This document shows positions 22,617 to 32,263 of a DNA stretch of 38,299 bases, in pieces. Within the stretch, counting starts at the first letter, position 1, and each line of letters starts with the position of its first letter. Source of the DNA: a virus; the IMG/VR virus record IMGVR_UViG_3300022690_000367; one strand, given 5' to 3'. Position numbers and translations under genes: made by a program. Below the pieces are notes generated by a model that was not told the origin of the DNA, made no database searches, and saw nothing but the letters and a program-made list of their open reading frames with translations.

Positions 22617-23995
22617 TATTGAATGCCTAACTGTTGAAATAATTGATCTCTGGTTAATCCAGGATTTGCATTTAAGGTGTCTTGAATATCCTGTTCTGAA
22701 ACAACTCTACCTAACACCGAACTATTAAACTGTCCTGCTTGTTGTGCTGGCTGACCTACTTGTTGTGCCGGTTGCTGTACTTGCTGTTGTGGTGACTGCT
22801 GCGTTGTTTGTTGAAACCCCCCTTGTTGACCTTGTTTAGATCTCAAAAACCCTGCAATTGTCCCACCTTGATCTAAAAATTGAATCTGTTCGTTAAAATA
22901 ATCTCTTAATTTTCCTTGAGCAACCTTCTTTCTTTGTAGAACGTCTCTCAACGCTGGTCCGTCCAAACCCGTATCTAATGCGATTCTTTGGGCTAAATCT
23001 AATTCTCCTTGAGACAAGGCTCCAAAAGTAACCGATCCAATAACATCTAATGCAAGCTCTCCTTGTATCTGGTTTAGCTCTCTAGTTGCCGCTTTTATGC
23101 TAGGAAAAAATTGTTCTGCTGCACCTGTTCCAGCCCCACGATCTAGTGCAGCCAATGCCCTATCAATAGTGTTGATATTTTTAGTTATCCCAGCGACCCT
23201 CTCGAATCCTTTGTCAATCGCTTTAGCTCTTGATGAACCAGTCAACTCACCAAACTTTTCTCGCTGTCTAATGGTAGCTTTACTTGCTCCGACCGTCTCA
23301 GCAGTGACTTGCTCACCTTCAACTGTAGCAGGAACTAGCGTTTGTTTTACGGGATCAAAAACATGCGGAACGCCACCAACATCGACCGTTTTAGCAGCCG
23401 CCCCAACAGGAGGAGCAATTAACCTTAGTTTTATAGCTGCCGCTCTCTGTGTGGCAGTCATATCTTTAACTGGAATTAGTTTCCCTGTCTCTTGGTTAAT
23501 CGCACCTTCAAGGTCTTTCTGTAAATCGCCTCGCTCTCTTTGACCTGCAGTTAATCCTGTTTGACCTCTAAGCCCTGAAAGCTGCTGTCTACCTCTTTCT
23601 ATTGCATCGGTTGCCCTTTGTTTTAGTAAGCCTGGGTTTGATTGCAATAGTCTCATCGCTTCATCAGCCCTATCTACAGGCTGTCCCGAAGCTTGAAGTT
23701 GAGTTCTTAACTCATTAAGATTTTCTTGAGCGCCTTGAAAGTCTCCTGAATCTATGAAGTCAACTAATTCTTGCGAGTTATCAATACTTGCAATTAGATT
23801 TTGTCTACCCTGCTCGGCCTGCAACCCTAACTGTTGGCTTTCTACATTAGTTTGCAATAATTGTTGTCTCAGAGGTGCTTGAGCCTGGCTTTCCCTTAAT
23901 TGATTAAGGTCAGATACATTACGAAGCGCGCTGCTGAAAACGCTCCCTATATCTGCTGGCCGTATTCCTAATGATATTCTTGGATCGACTGCCAT
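22616..23995 (-). CDS. Internal virion protein candidate with a Q-rich low-complexity segment (459 aa)
   Basis: ORF track. QGQQGGFQQTTQQSPQQQVQQPAQQVGQPAQQAGQ near the C-terminus. Confidence 0.45.
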   Translation of the reverse strand: MAVDPRISLGIRPADIGSVFSSALRNVSDLNQLRESQAQAPLRQQLLQTNVESQQLGLQAEQGRQNLIASIDNSQELVDFIDSGDFQGAQENLNELRTQLQASGQPVDRADEAMRLLQSNPGLLKQRATDAIERGRQQLSGLRGQTGLTAGQRERGDLQKDLEGAINQETGKLIPVKDMTATQRAAAIKLRLIAPPVGAAAKTVDVGGVPHVFDPVKQTLVPATVEGEQVTAETVGASKATIRQREKFGELTGSSRAKAIDKGFERVAGITKNINTIDRALAALDRGAGTGAAEQFFPSIKAATRELNQIQGELALDVIGSVTFGALSQGELDLAQRIALDTGLDGPALRDVLQRKKVAQGKLRDYFNEQIQFLDQGGTIAGFLRSKQGQQGGFQQTTQQSPQQQVQQPAQQVGQPAQQAGQFNSSVLGRVVSEQDIQDTLNANPGLTRDQLFQQLGIQ

Positions 23996-23998
23996 TGG

Positions 23999-24637
23999 TT
24001 ACTGCCTCAATTGATTGCTTGGTGTTGTTGTTTGGCCTGAAAGGATGCCGCTTTGAATTAACCCTTGAAGAACTCCACTAAATCCTTGCTGCCTTGCGTT
24101 TTCAGCACCAACTATACCACCAGCTTGAACCGCCCCAATATCTGTTAATAGACCGCTTATGTTTGATCCGACGCCTAACGCTGTATTCGCTTGGCTTTGT
24201 GCGATGCCTTGACCTATTCCTAATAATCCGAAAATATCTTGCCTTTGTCTATCAATAAGAGGTTGAGCTTGTAATAAAACATTGCTTGATAATTGCTGCA
24301 GGGTATCTCCAGCACTTAGTCGACCTCCAGCCGCCGCACTTGATAAAGTTTGTTGATTGGCATTTTCTAGAGCTAGTTGGAATAATGGATTGTTTTGTAA
24401 GAAATCAAACTGAGCCTGTGGATCGCCTAAAAACCCAGATAACCCTATACCTCTTTGGCCTAGCTCGCTGAAAGGTTCTAAAAAACCTAAACCTTGTTCC
24501 TGTGCGCGCCGCTGCTCATCAATCGCTAGCTGTGCGGCTCTCTCTTGTGCGCTACCCGCCCTTCTTGACGCTCTGCTTGCGCTTCTTGAGCTGATTATAG
24601 ATCCAACAACGACGGCCCCTGCTACCCATCCACTCAT
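23999..24637 (-). CDS. Internal virion protein candidate with an N-terminal hydrophobic segment, G/Q-rich (212 aa)
   Basis: MSGWVAGAVVVGSIISS hydrophobic start. ATGA coupling to the SET gene. Confidence 0.45.
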   Translation of the reverse strand: MSGWVAGAVVVGSIISSRSASRASRRAGSAQERAAQLAIDEQRRAQEQGLGFLEPFSELGQRGIGLSGFLGDPQAQFDFLQNNPLFQLALENANQQTLSSAAAGGRLSAGDTLQQLSSNVLLQAQPLIDRQRQDIFGLLGIGQGIAQSQANTALGVGSNISGLLTDIGAVQAGGIVGAENARQQGFSGVLQGLIQSGILSGQTTTPSNQLRQ

Positions 24638-25485
24638 AATAAGTCACCACTACGCTCTCTAAAATTAAGTACATCTCTATAATTTATCGTTATCTCTTCG
24701 TTTTCCCTGATGTCTGAGTTTGCGACAAAATAAAACATATCTTTTTCATAAAAAGGAACGCTATTGGCGTAAAACGCATGATTTGAATACCTGCCTGCAA
24801 TTGTTCTCTTTTTACCTATTCTGGCCGGGCAGATTATCTCCCCTTTATTTATTTGTTTTTTTGTAAAGAGTCCGATCCCGCTTAATTTTGATTCCTTTTT
24901 ATAAATATATTCATAGCCAAGCGGCATATCAACAACATCATTTGCTGTAACCATCTCATCCATCTGTTCTTGGTTTATTCCTAACTGCGATAAAAACTTA
25001 TTGTAATCTAGGTTATTCAATTCTTTATAGAAACTGTCATACTCCTCATAAGTTAATACAGAAGTATAATCTAACATCTTATTTAGTGGGACATTTTCAG
25101 GAACTTGATTGACCGTCATCCAAACAGTGTCGCTTATAGCTAATCCAGCCTGTCTTTTGCCAGACTTAGCTGATATTACATTAAATCCCTCATAAGTATT
25201 CTTTGGACCATCTGCTGAAATTATTGTAATTTCACCGCTAACCATCATTTCAATATGATCAAACTTATATATTCGACCTGTTATTAAAGCGCCCGCTGGT
25301 ATTGTAATTTGTCTACAATAGAGACCACCTGAATAATATTCTTTTAGCTGGTAGTCTTCATCGGTTAATTGGGGAAGTTTTTTAAGTTCAGATTCTAATT
25401 TATCAAACAAAGTTCTACACTTAACAGCCGGTAAGTTATCGAATTGATCTATTATTCTCATAATAGTTTTATTTTCTTCAGTCAT
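24634..25485 (-). CDS. Cupin-like N-terminal region fused to a C-terminal SET-domain (lysine methyltransferase fold) protein
   Basis: C-terminus SGIGLFTKKQINKGEII...GRYSNHAFYANS...IRENEEITINY matches the SET motifs GxG / NHSxxPN / GEEITxxY (compare chlorella virus vSET). Confidence 0.6.
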   Translation of the reverse strand: MTEENKTIMRIIDQFDNLPAVKCRTLFDKLESELKKLPQLTDEDYQLKEYYSGGLYCRQITIPAGALITGRIYKFDHIEMMVSGEITIISADGPKNTYEGFNVISAKSGKRQAGLAISDTVWMTVNQVPENVPLNKMLDYTSVLTYEEYDSFYKELNNLDYNKFLSQLGINQEQMDEMVTANDVVDMPLGYEYIYKKESKLSGIGLFTKKQINKGEIICPARIGKKRTIAGRYSNHAFYANSVPFYEKDMFYFVANSDIRENEEITINYRDVLNFRERSGDLL

Positions 25486-25527
25486 TGTTTAATCCTGTTT
25501 TTTCGATTATACCATAGTTTAAATCAA

Positions 25528-25872
25528 TCATATGTCAATCTCTGTAACTGTGAGTTTACCGTTAACCCTATTGTTGTCACCTACCTTTACCTGTAATATT
25601 CCTCCACTCAGCAATGCTTGCCCTATAAGACCTGGAGCTAGAAAGTTATCCTTACCCCTGATAGTTCGATCGGTTATTACCTCGTCAAAAATATCACCGG
25701 TACCAGACTGAATTAAACGGATAGTAATCGTTGTATTAGTTGATGAATAATTATTAAACACAATCGCATCAATTCCAGCCCTTGATTTGTCAGCAGGCAC
25801 AGAGTAGATAGTTTGAAATACCGTAGTTAAATCAAACCCTGCGCCAATTGGTGTTAGTGGATTGCTAGCCAT
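25528..25872 (-). CDS. Virion-module hypothetical protein (114 aa)
   Basis: ORF track. Confidence 0.55.
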   Translation of the reverse strand: MASNPLTPIGAGFDLTTVFQTIYSVPADKSRAGIDAIVFNNYSSTNTTITIRLIQSGTGDIFDEVITDRTIRGKDNFLAPGLIGQALLSGGILQVKVGDNNRVNGKLTVTEIDI

Positions 25873-25873
25873 A

Positions 25874-26062
25874 TCATTCTAACCCGTCTATAAATGTTTG
25901 AAATTCAGATTCTTGGACTTCTGTTGTCTTGGTTAAATCAATCACAATAATTTGAGAACCTTTAGATATAGTTGCTTTTTCCGTAACTGGATTAAACTGA
26001 TAGCGATCAATCAAGATATCTCCAGCCAGGTCAATAAATTTATTTAATTCACAAACATTCAT
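25874..26062 (-). CDS. Virion-module hypothetical protein (62 aa; start trimmed)
   Basis: The ATG at 26062 has GGAG 6 nt upstream. The track start at 26074 is TTG. Confidence 0.5.
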   Translation of the reverse strand: MNVCELNKFIDLAGDILIDRYQFNPVTEKATISKGSQIIVIDLTKTTEVQESEFQTFIDGLE

Positions 26063-26064
26063 TA

Positions 26065-26406
26065 TTAACTCCAAGCCACGGTAAGTTTAATTTTATCTTT
26101 TATGCCTGATCTTGTTGTTATAGCCTTACAGCTAACCCTGTAACCGGCAAGTTTTAAAGTTTCTTCCACATCAAATAGATTCACTTTAGTTGCATTAGAT
26201 TGTATTAACTCTACAGGTCCGTTATCTGTAATCTCACAGTCTATATATAAAGTCGCTCTATATACCCTCTCTTCTGTATCAGTTCCAGTAGATTGAGCTG
26301 TTATCTCTGTATTGATAAGAGTGACAACTAAAGAACTAGTTAAACTTGTAAAGATTGCCGCGCCGTCACTAGCTGTTTTTGCCGCGGATGCTGCCTGTAA
26401 TGTCAT
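26065..26406 (-). CDS. Virion-module hypothetical protein (113 aa; start trimmed)
   Basis: The ATG at 26406 is preceded by GGAGGA. ATGA coupling. Confidence 0.55.
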   Translation of the reverse strand: MTLQAASAAKTASDGAAIFTSLTSSLVVTLINTEITAQSTGTDTEERVYRATLYIDCEITDNGPVELIQSNATKVNLFDVEETLKLAGYRVSCKAITTRSGIKDKIKLTVAWS

Positions 26407-27875
26407 TGTAAATCCTCCAGCCAACTAGCCAAAACTTGCATATCTGCTGCTGCGCCACTCGACACTCTGGCTGCGATGCTAAATACCACCCCTGGTAATG
26501 CTATAAACTCCCTTAAATCTGATTCATTAAATTCAACAGTCTCAGATGAACCCGCAACTACAGTTCTGCCGCCGAGTAAACGACCTCCTGTAACACTAAC
26601 CGCATCTGTTGCAAACTCCATAATTGAATTCTCTTTATCTACATAAGAGAAATCTAAATCTCCGCCAAATGTAGGATCAGCTACAATCTCAAAAAATGCA
26701 GTTTTATTACTCTGGGTTGAAAAGCTAGCCTCTGTAGGAATAACCGCCGCTCTGTTTACTTTTCCACCAAAATGTATCCTTGGTCTAAACGTAATAATAT
26801 TGGTTAATACGGTGGTAACGGCCAACTGCTCGTTATCCTCTGTTCTTGGAGGGGTACTACGTTTAATTCTACCCTCAAGAAAACCTCCGGCTGCATTTCC
26901 TGATGTAGTAAGGTTGCTATTATTGCCTAAATTTTGAGATAGCCAACCTAATCTAAATGTTTGGTTAGTAACATTGGTGGTTGTGCTTGTATTGGCGTTT
27001 TTAATTTGGTGTACTAAATCCATTAACCCCGTATCATTCCGTTGAATAAAAAAGTTAACTGCCCCAAAATTAGATCCAACTTGTATTTCATATACATTTC
27101 CTGTCAATGGGTTAAATATGTCCGCGCCTGATCCATCCGTCCTTGTATCAACATTCCAGCTCGCTTGTGGTATAAAGTCTAATATTGCCGCTACTCCTGC
27201 GTGCTCTTGTACCCACGCAGCAACAGCTGCACCATCACTAGAGAAAGTAAATGACCCTTGGGGTCCTGCTAGCAAAGACTGAGCAACAACTTGGTCATTA
27301 TTCGATGTAAAGTTATAATTTACTACATTTGCTTGTAAGAAATTAGCTATCTCAAAAGCATTATGCTGTACAGTTGGAGGGGTGTTTGTTAACGGTACAG
27401 CAATAGGGCTGCCGTTAATATTAATAGTAGCTGTCTCCGATCCTGCTGCTGGCGTTGTTATAGTTAATTCTTGCTCTTCACTTATACCACCATGAGTTGC
27501 TGCAATCCCAAAAGCAGTACCAAGGAATGCAAATACATATGAATTTTCAGATGTTATAAGCCCCGCTGCTTGTTGACTATCAGCTATTGCAGTAGTGAAC
27601 AACGAGTCAAACCTGGAAATTGTTCCTTGTCCTGGTCTTGTACTAACCTGGCTTAACGTTAGGATGCTTGCTAAACCGGTAGAGCTAGTGCCTGTTTGAC
27701 AGGTAAATAAATCATTAACTACTGTGGTTGTTCCCGATGCCGCCGAATCTGTGACAGTTAAGGTTAAGTCCAATAACCCATAAGTAGCATCAATTTGAGC
27801 TTGAGAGGTATCTTCTGATGATCTAGCATCATTATAAGCCGTTATAGCTGACTCTTTTATTACATTATTAGCCAT
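26403..27875 (-). CDS. Virion structural protein (490 aa; start trimmed)
   Basis: The ATG at 27875 has a TAATG overlap with the upstream stop. T/S/G-rich and beta-type. Confidence 0.6.
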   Translation of the reverse strand: MANNVIKESAITAYNDARSSEDTSQAQIDATYGLLDLTLTVTDSAASGTTTVVNDLFTCQTGTSSTGLASILTLSQVSTRPGQGTISRFDSLFTTAIADSQQAAGLITSENSYVFAFLGTAFGIAATHGGISEEQELTITTPAAGSETATININGSPIAVPLTNTPPTVQHNAFEIANFLQANVVNYNFTSNNDQVVAQSLLAGPQGSFTFSSDGAAVAAWVQEHAGVAAILDFIPQASWNVDTRTDGSGADIFNPLTGNVYEIQVGSNFGAVNFFIQRNDTGLMDLVHQIKNANTSTTTNVTNQTFRLGWLSQNLGNNSNLTTSGNAAGGFLEGRIKRSTPPRTEDNEQLAVTTVLTNIITFRPRIHFGGKVNRAAVIPTEASFSTQSNKTAFFEIVADPTFGGDLDFSYVDKENSIMEFATDAVSVTGGRLLGGRTVVAGSSETVEFNESDLREFIALPGVVFSIAARVSSGAAADMQVLASWLEDLQ

Positions 27876-28360
27876 TAGATTACCGCCCACTCAGAAGAGC
27901 CAAACACATAAAAGTCAGACCATTTCTCAATATTAATCACTCTTGATGTTTTTCCATCAATCGCTCCCGACACGGTTACTTTTGCCGTATCTTGTTTTCT
28001 TTTTACATGTATTTGATCATCTAATATGGCGTTAGGCTCTAGAGTTACTGTGATCGGCACTACGTTATTACAAATTACTATTTCAAAAGGAGCCGCAGTA
28101 TAATTCGCCGTGACTTCAACTACTCTAAATTTAATAAATTCTAAAGCATCAATCTTAGCGGCGTTTCTGGAAACTCTTGAGTTTGAACTTGTAATACTTT
28201 GATCGGCATCATCGATAAAATCATCTGCACCACCCGTTCTAGTCCACAATTGTAAGTCAAATCTTGCTTGCTGTTGAAAGTAATTAACAACATCTATGCC
28301 TAAATTAGATAAAGCCTTCGGTAATATAATCTGCGGTGGTGGATTGACATTAGTTACCAT
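27875..28360 (-). CDS. Virion-module hypothetical protein (161 aa)
   Basis: ORF track. Confidence 0.55.
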   Translation of the reverse strand: MVTNVNPPPQIILPKALSNLGIDVVNYFQQQARFDLQLWTRTGGADDFIDDADQSITSSNSRVSRNAAKIDALEFIKFRVVEVTANYTAAPFEIVICNNVVPITVTLEPNAILDDQIHVKRKQDTAKVTVSGAIDGKTSRVINIEKWSDFYVFGSSEWAVI

Positions 28361-29781
28361 TATCTACCCGCCAATCTTAAATCAATAGCAGCCGAATAAA
28401 TCTCGTAAGGTACAGCGTCACTAGTAGTAATCCTAAAAATGAAGTCGTAATCTGATATCAGACTATATAACTCTACTCTTAGTTGGGTCTCTCCTAACCT
28501 GCCTATCCTTACAAATCCCTCGCTAAACCAGCTTCTCCCGCCATCTCTTGATATATCAATCATAATTTGTGGATCTTCACCTTGCCCGGTAATAAGGCCG
28601 ACTCCTTTCTCCATAATAAACTCAATTCGAGACATTTGAACTCTTGATCCTGGTGCGTCTAGTAAAGATCCATTAACAGATCCGGTTATTCTTCGCCTTT
28701 GAATGACCTCGCCGTTATTAGTAAAGGTGTCAATATCTAATTCGTACAGGTTGCCGTTAGTTGAATCGGCAGCAAAGTTCTTTCCATACACGCTAATTAA
28801 ACTCGAACCTTGATAAACGCCGTCATTCTTACCAGATGAAAGCTCAAACCATCCTTTTTGACCTAGTCCCTCATTTAAACACCATGTTCTATTGGCTGTT
28901 GGAAATGAAATTGCATAGAAGTTCATTCCTTCTAAAGTATAGGTAAAAGCTATCGCATCATCTGTTCTAGAGTACCCGGCTATAGCGTGACTAATAGCCG
29001 TGGTTGATATTCTCTGTCTTTGACCGCCTACCGCTTGATAAATTGCTTTATCATCACCGAGCCAGTACATAAATTGATCTGTATTAGCGACTGAATGAAT
29101 AGCATCTAGACCTATTTCGAAGATTTGGCCGTCAATTCTATCAAGAGGGGGATTTCCTACACCTGAATTCCAGAAAGGTTCAACAGTTCTCTCTCCAAAC
29201 ATATAGACGTTTTGCTTAAAGGGGTAAGCCCTCACTAATTTGTCAGGCTTGCTGTCTGCGCTTGATGCATTTAATCCGCTTGCGGTACCTGGATCATTTA
29301 CATTAGCCAATACAAACAATTCTGTTAATGGGTTTGTGTAAATAATTCGACTATTAATAAAACCGTTAGCTGTTGAGCCAACAATATTACTATCAGTAAT
29401 AGCTTTTACTTCTGTCCCATCAAATATAAATTGCCCGTCGATACCTGTAATAATAAGGTTTTTACCGTCATCATCGAGAATCATCCGATTAGATCCTGGA
29501 ATAGTTCCTACAACAGTGTGGACACCGTTAACATCGAATCGATTAAGATTGGTGCCAGTAATTCTAAAACCAACTTCTGCAAAGTTTCTCATCCCTCTAT
29601 CTATCCCAACACCAGAACCTTTAAGTTTCAATCCCGGGTGAGAATGCAAAACAAACTGATCTCTTCCTTCTTCAACAACGGCATGATAAAAATTTCTAGT
29701 TTGTTGTGATGATAACGGGCGTGACCGGCTTAAATAGCTTGGCCCAGTTGTATTGAGAGCGATATTCTTCTGAAAGGTCAA
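28360..29781 (-). CDS. Tail tube / nozzle-type structural protein candidate (473 aa)
   Basis: Position after the adaptor candidate, and a beta-rich repetitive sequence. Assignment is by synteny only. Confidence 0.35.
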   Translation of the reverse strand: MTFQKNIALNTTGPSYLSRSRPLSSQQTRNFYHAVVEEGRDQFVLHSHPGLKLKGSGVGIDRGMRNFAEVGFRITGTNLNRFDVNGVHTVVGTIPGSNRMILDDDGKNLIITGIDGQFIFDGTEVKAITDSNIVGSTANGFINSRIIYTNPLTELFVLANVNDPGTASGLNASSADSKPDKLVRAYPFKQNVYMFGERTVEPFWNSGVGNPPLDRIDGQIFEIGLDAIHSVANTDQFMYWLGDDKAIYQAVGGQRQRISTTAISHAIAGYSRTDDAIAFTYTLEGMNFYAISFPTANRTWCLNEGLGQKGWFELSSGKNDGVYQGSSLISVYGKNFAADSTNGNLYELDIDTFTNNGEVIQRRRITGSVNGSLLDAPGSRVQMSRIEFIMEKGVGLITGQGEDPQIMIDISRDGGRSWFSEGFVRIGRLGETQLRVELYSLISDYDFIFRITTSDAVPYEIYSAAIDLRLAGR

Positions 29782-30404
29782 GGTGTAGACCCTTCTATTC
29801 TGGCATAAGGAGCAGGACCATATCTACCATCCTTGTCTTGATTGTTGGCCCCATCAATTGCCTGAGAGTACATCCCATAGTAAGCGCTTTTTTGCACTTC
29901 ATCCACTGCATGAGCAAATAAGAAGGCCAATACACCAAACAAATAAATATCTGGATTATCAGTTAGAACAATATTGGTCGGATTAGCTATGGACAATGGA
30001 TCTGGACGCTTAAAATATTTTATCTCAACCGTGTAACTTTGATCGGGAGTAATATCAAACTCTATATTGCTGGTTATTGTAAAAAATCTAGGTTTTCCTG
30101 TTCCCGTTCTGCTTCTTAAGGCGTCAGGAACTTTATACTTTATCTCGGTCTTACTATCAGAGGTTTGTATTTCAATAGAACGCATTGATAAGTATCCAAC
30201 AGGCAAAGCAAATGTTTTAGTTGAAACGGCTGTAGATGAAGTTGATTCTATAGCTCTTACGTCAAGAGATTCATGATTAGCGTTAGTCTTAAACATGTCC
30301 TTTTCAGTCATCAAGATAAAATCATCAATTAACTTATTGAGATCGTTTCTATGTGACCAATCAACAACCGATTGCTTAAGCTCTTTAAAATTAGATAACG
30401 CCAT
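29778..30404 (-). CDS. Head-to-tail adaptor / tail tubular A-like candidate (208 aa)
   Basis: Position downstream of the capsid genes, with an N-terminal W.HRNDL...FI pattern seen in adaptor-like proteins. Synteny-level call. Confidence 0.35.
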   Translation of the reverse strand: MALSNFKELKQSVVDWSHRNDLNKLIDDFILMTEKDMFKTNANHESLDVRAIESTSSTAVSTKTFALPVGYLSMRSIEIQTSDSKTEIKYKVPDALRSRTGTGKPRFFTITSNIEFDITPDQSYTVEIKYFKRPDPLSIANPTNIVLTDNPDIYLFGVLAFLFAHAVDEVQKSAYYGMYSQAIDGANNQDKDGRYGPAPYARIEGSTP

Positions 30405-30717
30405 CTTTAGTCCTTAACTTCCCCCAATCACTATTATTTAGCTTTGCAATCAAGAAAGGTCTGTTTTCATTACAAAAAGGGTTTGGATTTCTACCTTGGG
30501 CCTTTAGTTCTTCCCGCCACATGTCAGCGATAATTAAGGGTATCGAGGCGACCTTGTGCATATCACCCTTCCACCCTTTATTTTCAGCCCTATCGACTTT
30601 GTTATGTATGAGAGTATTTTCCACATCTTGAGTCTTGGAAATTATTATTTTCCCTTCCTCTTTGTGAAACCTCTCAACAATCCCAGTTAAGTGATCTACA
30701 TCGAATATCCTCGACAT
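30391..30717 (-). CDS. Virion-module hypothetical protein (108 aa)
   Basis: ORF track. Confidence 0.55.
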   Translation of the reverse strand: MSRIFDVDHLTGIVERFHKEEGKIIISKTQDVENTLIHNKVDRAENKGWKGDMHKVASIPLIIADMWREELKAQGRNPNPFCNENRPFLIAKLNNSDWGKLRTKDGVI

Positions 30718-31076
30718 TATCGAAGAATCACTATTGTGCCAAACACTTCAACAGTGTTACCTGATGCCCCAGTAGTTTCAATCTCAATAGCTTCTCCAGC
30801 GCGGACAGTATTCAATCCAGTAGGCCGTGAAAAATCTATATCTCCAGTGGCAGAACCAGATTGGTCGATTGTTATAATTCCGTTAGTTAAAGCGACGCCG
30901 TTAATTTTAGGCGTTAAAACTGCATCAGCAGTAATAATTGCCCCATTTAAAACGGTTCGTATTTCAATTACCTCGCCATCGAATTCCTCAGGGACAGGCA
31001 CGAACACCTGGCCGGCAGTTGATACATCGGCGATGGTGAATTGAAGCGTAACTCTATTTAAATTAAATGCAGTCAT
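30717..31076 (-). CDS. Virion-module hypothetical protein (119 aa)
   Basis: ORF track. The antisense ORF 30691..31044 is a shadow. Confidence 0.55.
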   Translation of the reverse strand: MTAFNLNRVTLQFTIADVSTAGQVFVPVPEEFDGEVIEIRTVLNGAIITADAVLTPKINGVALTNGIITIDQSGSATGDIDFSRPTGLNTVRAGEAIEIETTGASGNTVEVFGTIVILR

Positions 31077-31282
31077 TAGTCTAACTCCTCAATAGCTTTG
31101 CATTTCTTGCCAACCTTTAATGCTTCGCCTTTTAGTTCTTGGATGTTTGGTATTTTCTGTTGAGTTTCTGGGTCAACAATAAACTTGCTGCCCTCCATTT
31201 TCCAGCGCTGAACATATACGTTACCACCCTCTTCAGCTGCGTAACAAAAACGCTTCTTGATTAAATATTTCTTACTAGACAT
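31076..31282 (-). CDS. Hypothetical protein (68 aa; start trimmed)
   Basis: The ATG at 31282 is preceded by GGAGAATAAT. The track start at 31294 is TTG. Confidence 0.5.
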   Translation of the reverse strand: MSSKKYLIKKRFCYAAEEGGNVYVQRWKMEGSKFIVDPETQQKIPNIQELKGEALKVGKKCKAIEELD

Positions 31283-31292
31283 ATTATTCTCC

Positions 31293-31311
31293 AAAAAGGG
31301 GCCTAAGCCCC
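31293..31311 (-). terminator. Intrinsic terminator just after the major capsid gene
   Basis: Minus-strand RNA reads GGGGC-UUAG-GCCCC followed by UUUUU, beginning 6 nt after the capsid gene stop. Confidence 0.6.
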
Positions 31312-31316
31312 AACTG

Positions 31317-32261
31317 TTAAGAGGTTGTTAAATCAAATATTCCGCCAGAAGCAGCTTCGTTACGTGCCTCTAGAGTATATTCACTAAGTAATTGAACTCT
31401 GTCTGAGTCACCCGTTTTGGCTAATGGAACTTCCATAAACGAACGAAGTGAAGCCATGGCCCACATGTCAGTCTGAAATACCTGTGCGTCACGAGTACGA
31501 ACAAATCGATTAGGGATTACTGATAGCTCACCAAAGTCTGACACATAAACATCGATAGCCGCTGTTAATCGTTTATCTGCAGCATCTACGGTACGAGTTG
31601 CGCCACCGGTAAAGCTAGACATTGCTTGCTTATTGAATGAACCAAGCATAATCAAGTCAGGTTCACCGCCAGCATCCCAAATGCCCGCAATAACAGATTT
31701 AAGGTCAGCTTCAGCAAATGCTCGCTGTGTACCATCTGTTCGTGCGTCTGTTCCGTCACCGGTTGGATCTGCGCCAGTAGCACCAAAACTAGTATTAGAG
31801 TTAATGTAAGATAAGGTAGAACCCAACTCACTAGCGGTTGAATCATCGCCGGTTACTTTAGCGTTATTCACGCCACAAAGCGCTCGCTCCATATCACGCT
31901 TTAATTCTTTACCCATCTTCATGATTTGATAATCCAGTTCGTCGCCTCGACCTGCTGAATCAATAACTCGTTGAGTGCCGGTAACACGTGGAACCTTATC
32001 ACTAATTTGACGGACGTTGTTTAAACGTACTGTAGGGACTGCCGCTGTGGTTGTTGCATCATCACCTTCAATTACTGCATTGTCTGCCGCTGCAGCTAAA
32101 ACATCAGTTTGCCATTCATGCAAAGTTGCTGTCGCGGTAATGTGTGGGATGCCGCTAATAAAAGGGGTTTGTATTGGAGAAATATCATAAATAATATCTG
32201 ATAAATCCTCTCTATTTCCGATAGCATCGAATGTGCTAAACGTATCTGCTGGTTGTGCCAT
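31317..32261 (-). CDS. Major capsid protein (314 aa)
   Basis: Position after the scaffold gene, AAAGGTGA Shine-Dalgarno sequence, and a terminator downstream. The N-terminal motif FDAIGNREDLSDIIYDISP...HEWQTD is typical of a podovirus/SU10-like capsid family (recognised from memory). Confidence 0.75.
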   Translation of the reverse strand: MAQPADTFSTFDAIGNREDLSDIIYDISPIQTPFISGIPHITATATLHEWQTDVLAAAADNAVIEGDDATTTAAVPTVRLNNVRQISDKVPRVTGTQRVIDSAGRGDELDYQIMKMGKELKRDMERALCGVNNAKVTGDDSTASELGSTLSYINSNTSFGATGADPTGDGTDARTDGTQRAFAEADLKSVIAGIWDAGGEPDLIMLGSFNKQAMSSFTGGATRTVDAADKRLTAAIDVYVSDFGELSVIPNRFVRTRDAQVFQTDMWAMASLRSFMEVPLAKTGDSDRVQLLSEYTLEARNEAASGGIFDLTTS

Positions 32262-32263
32262 AA

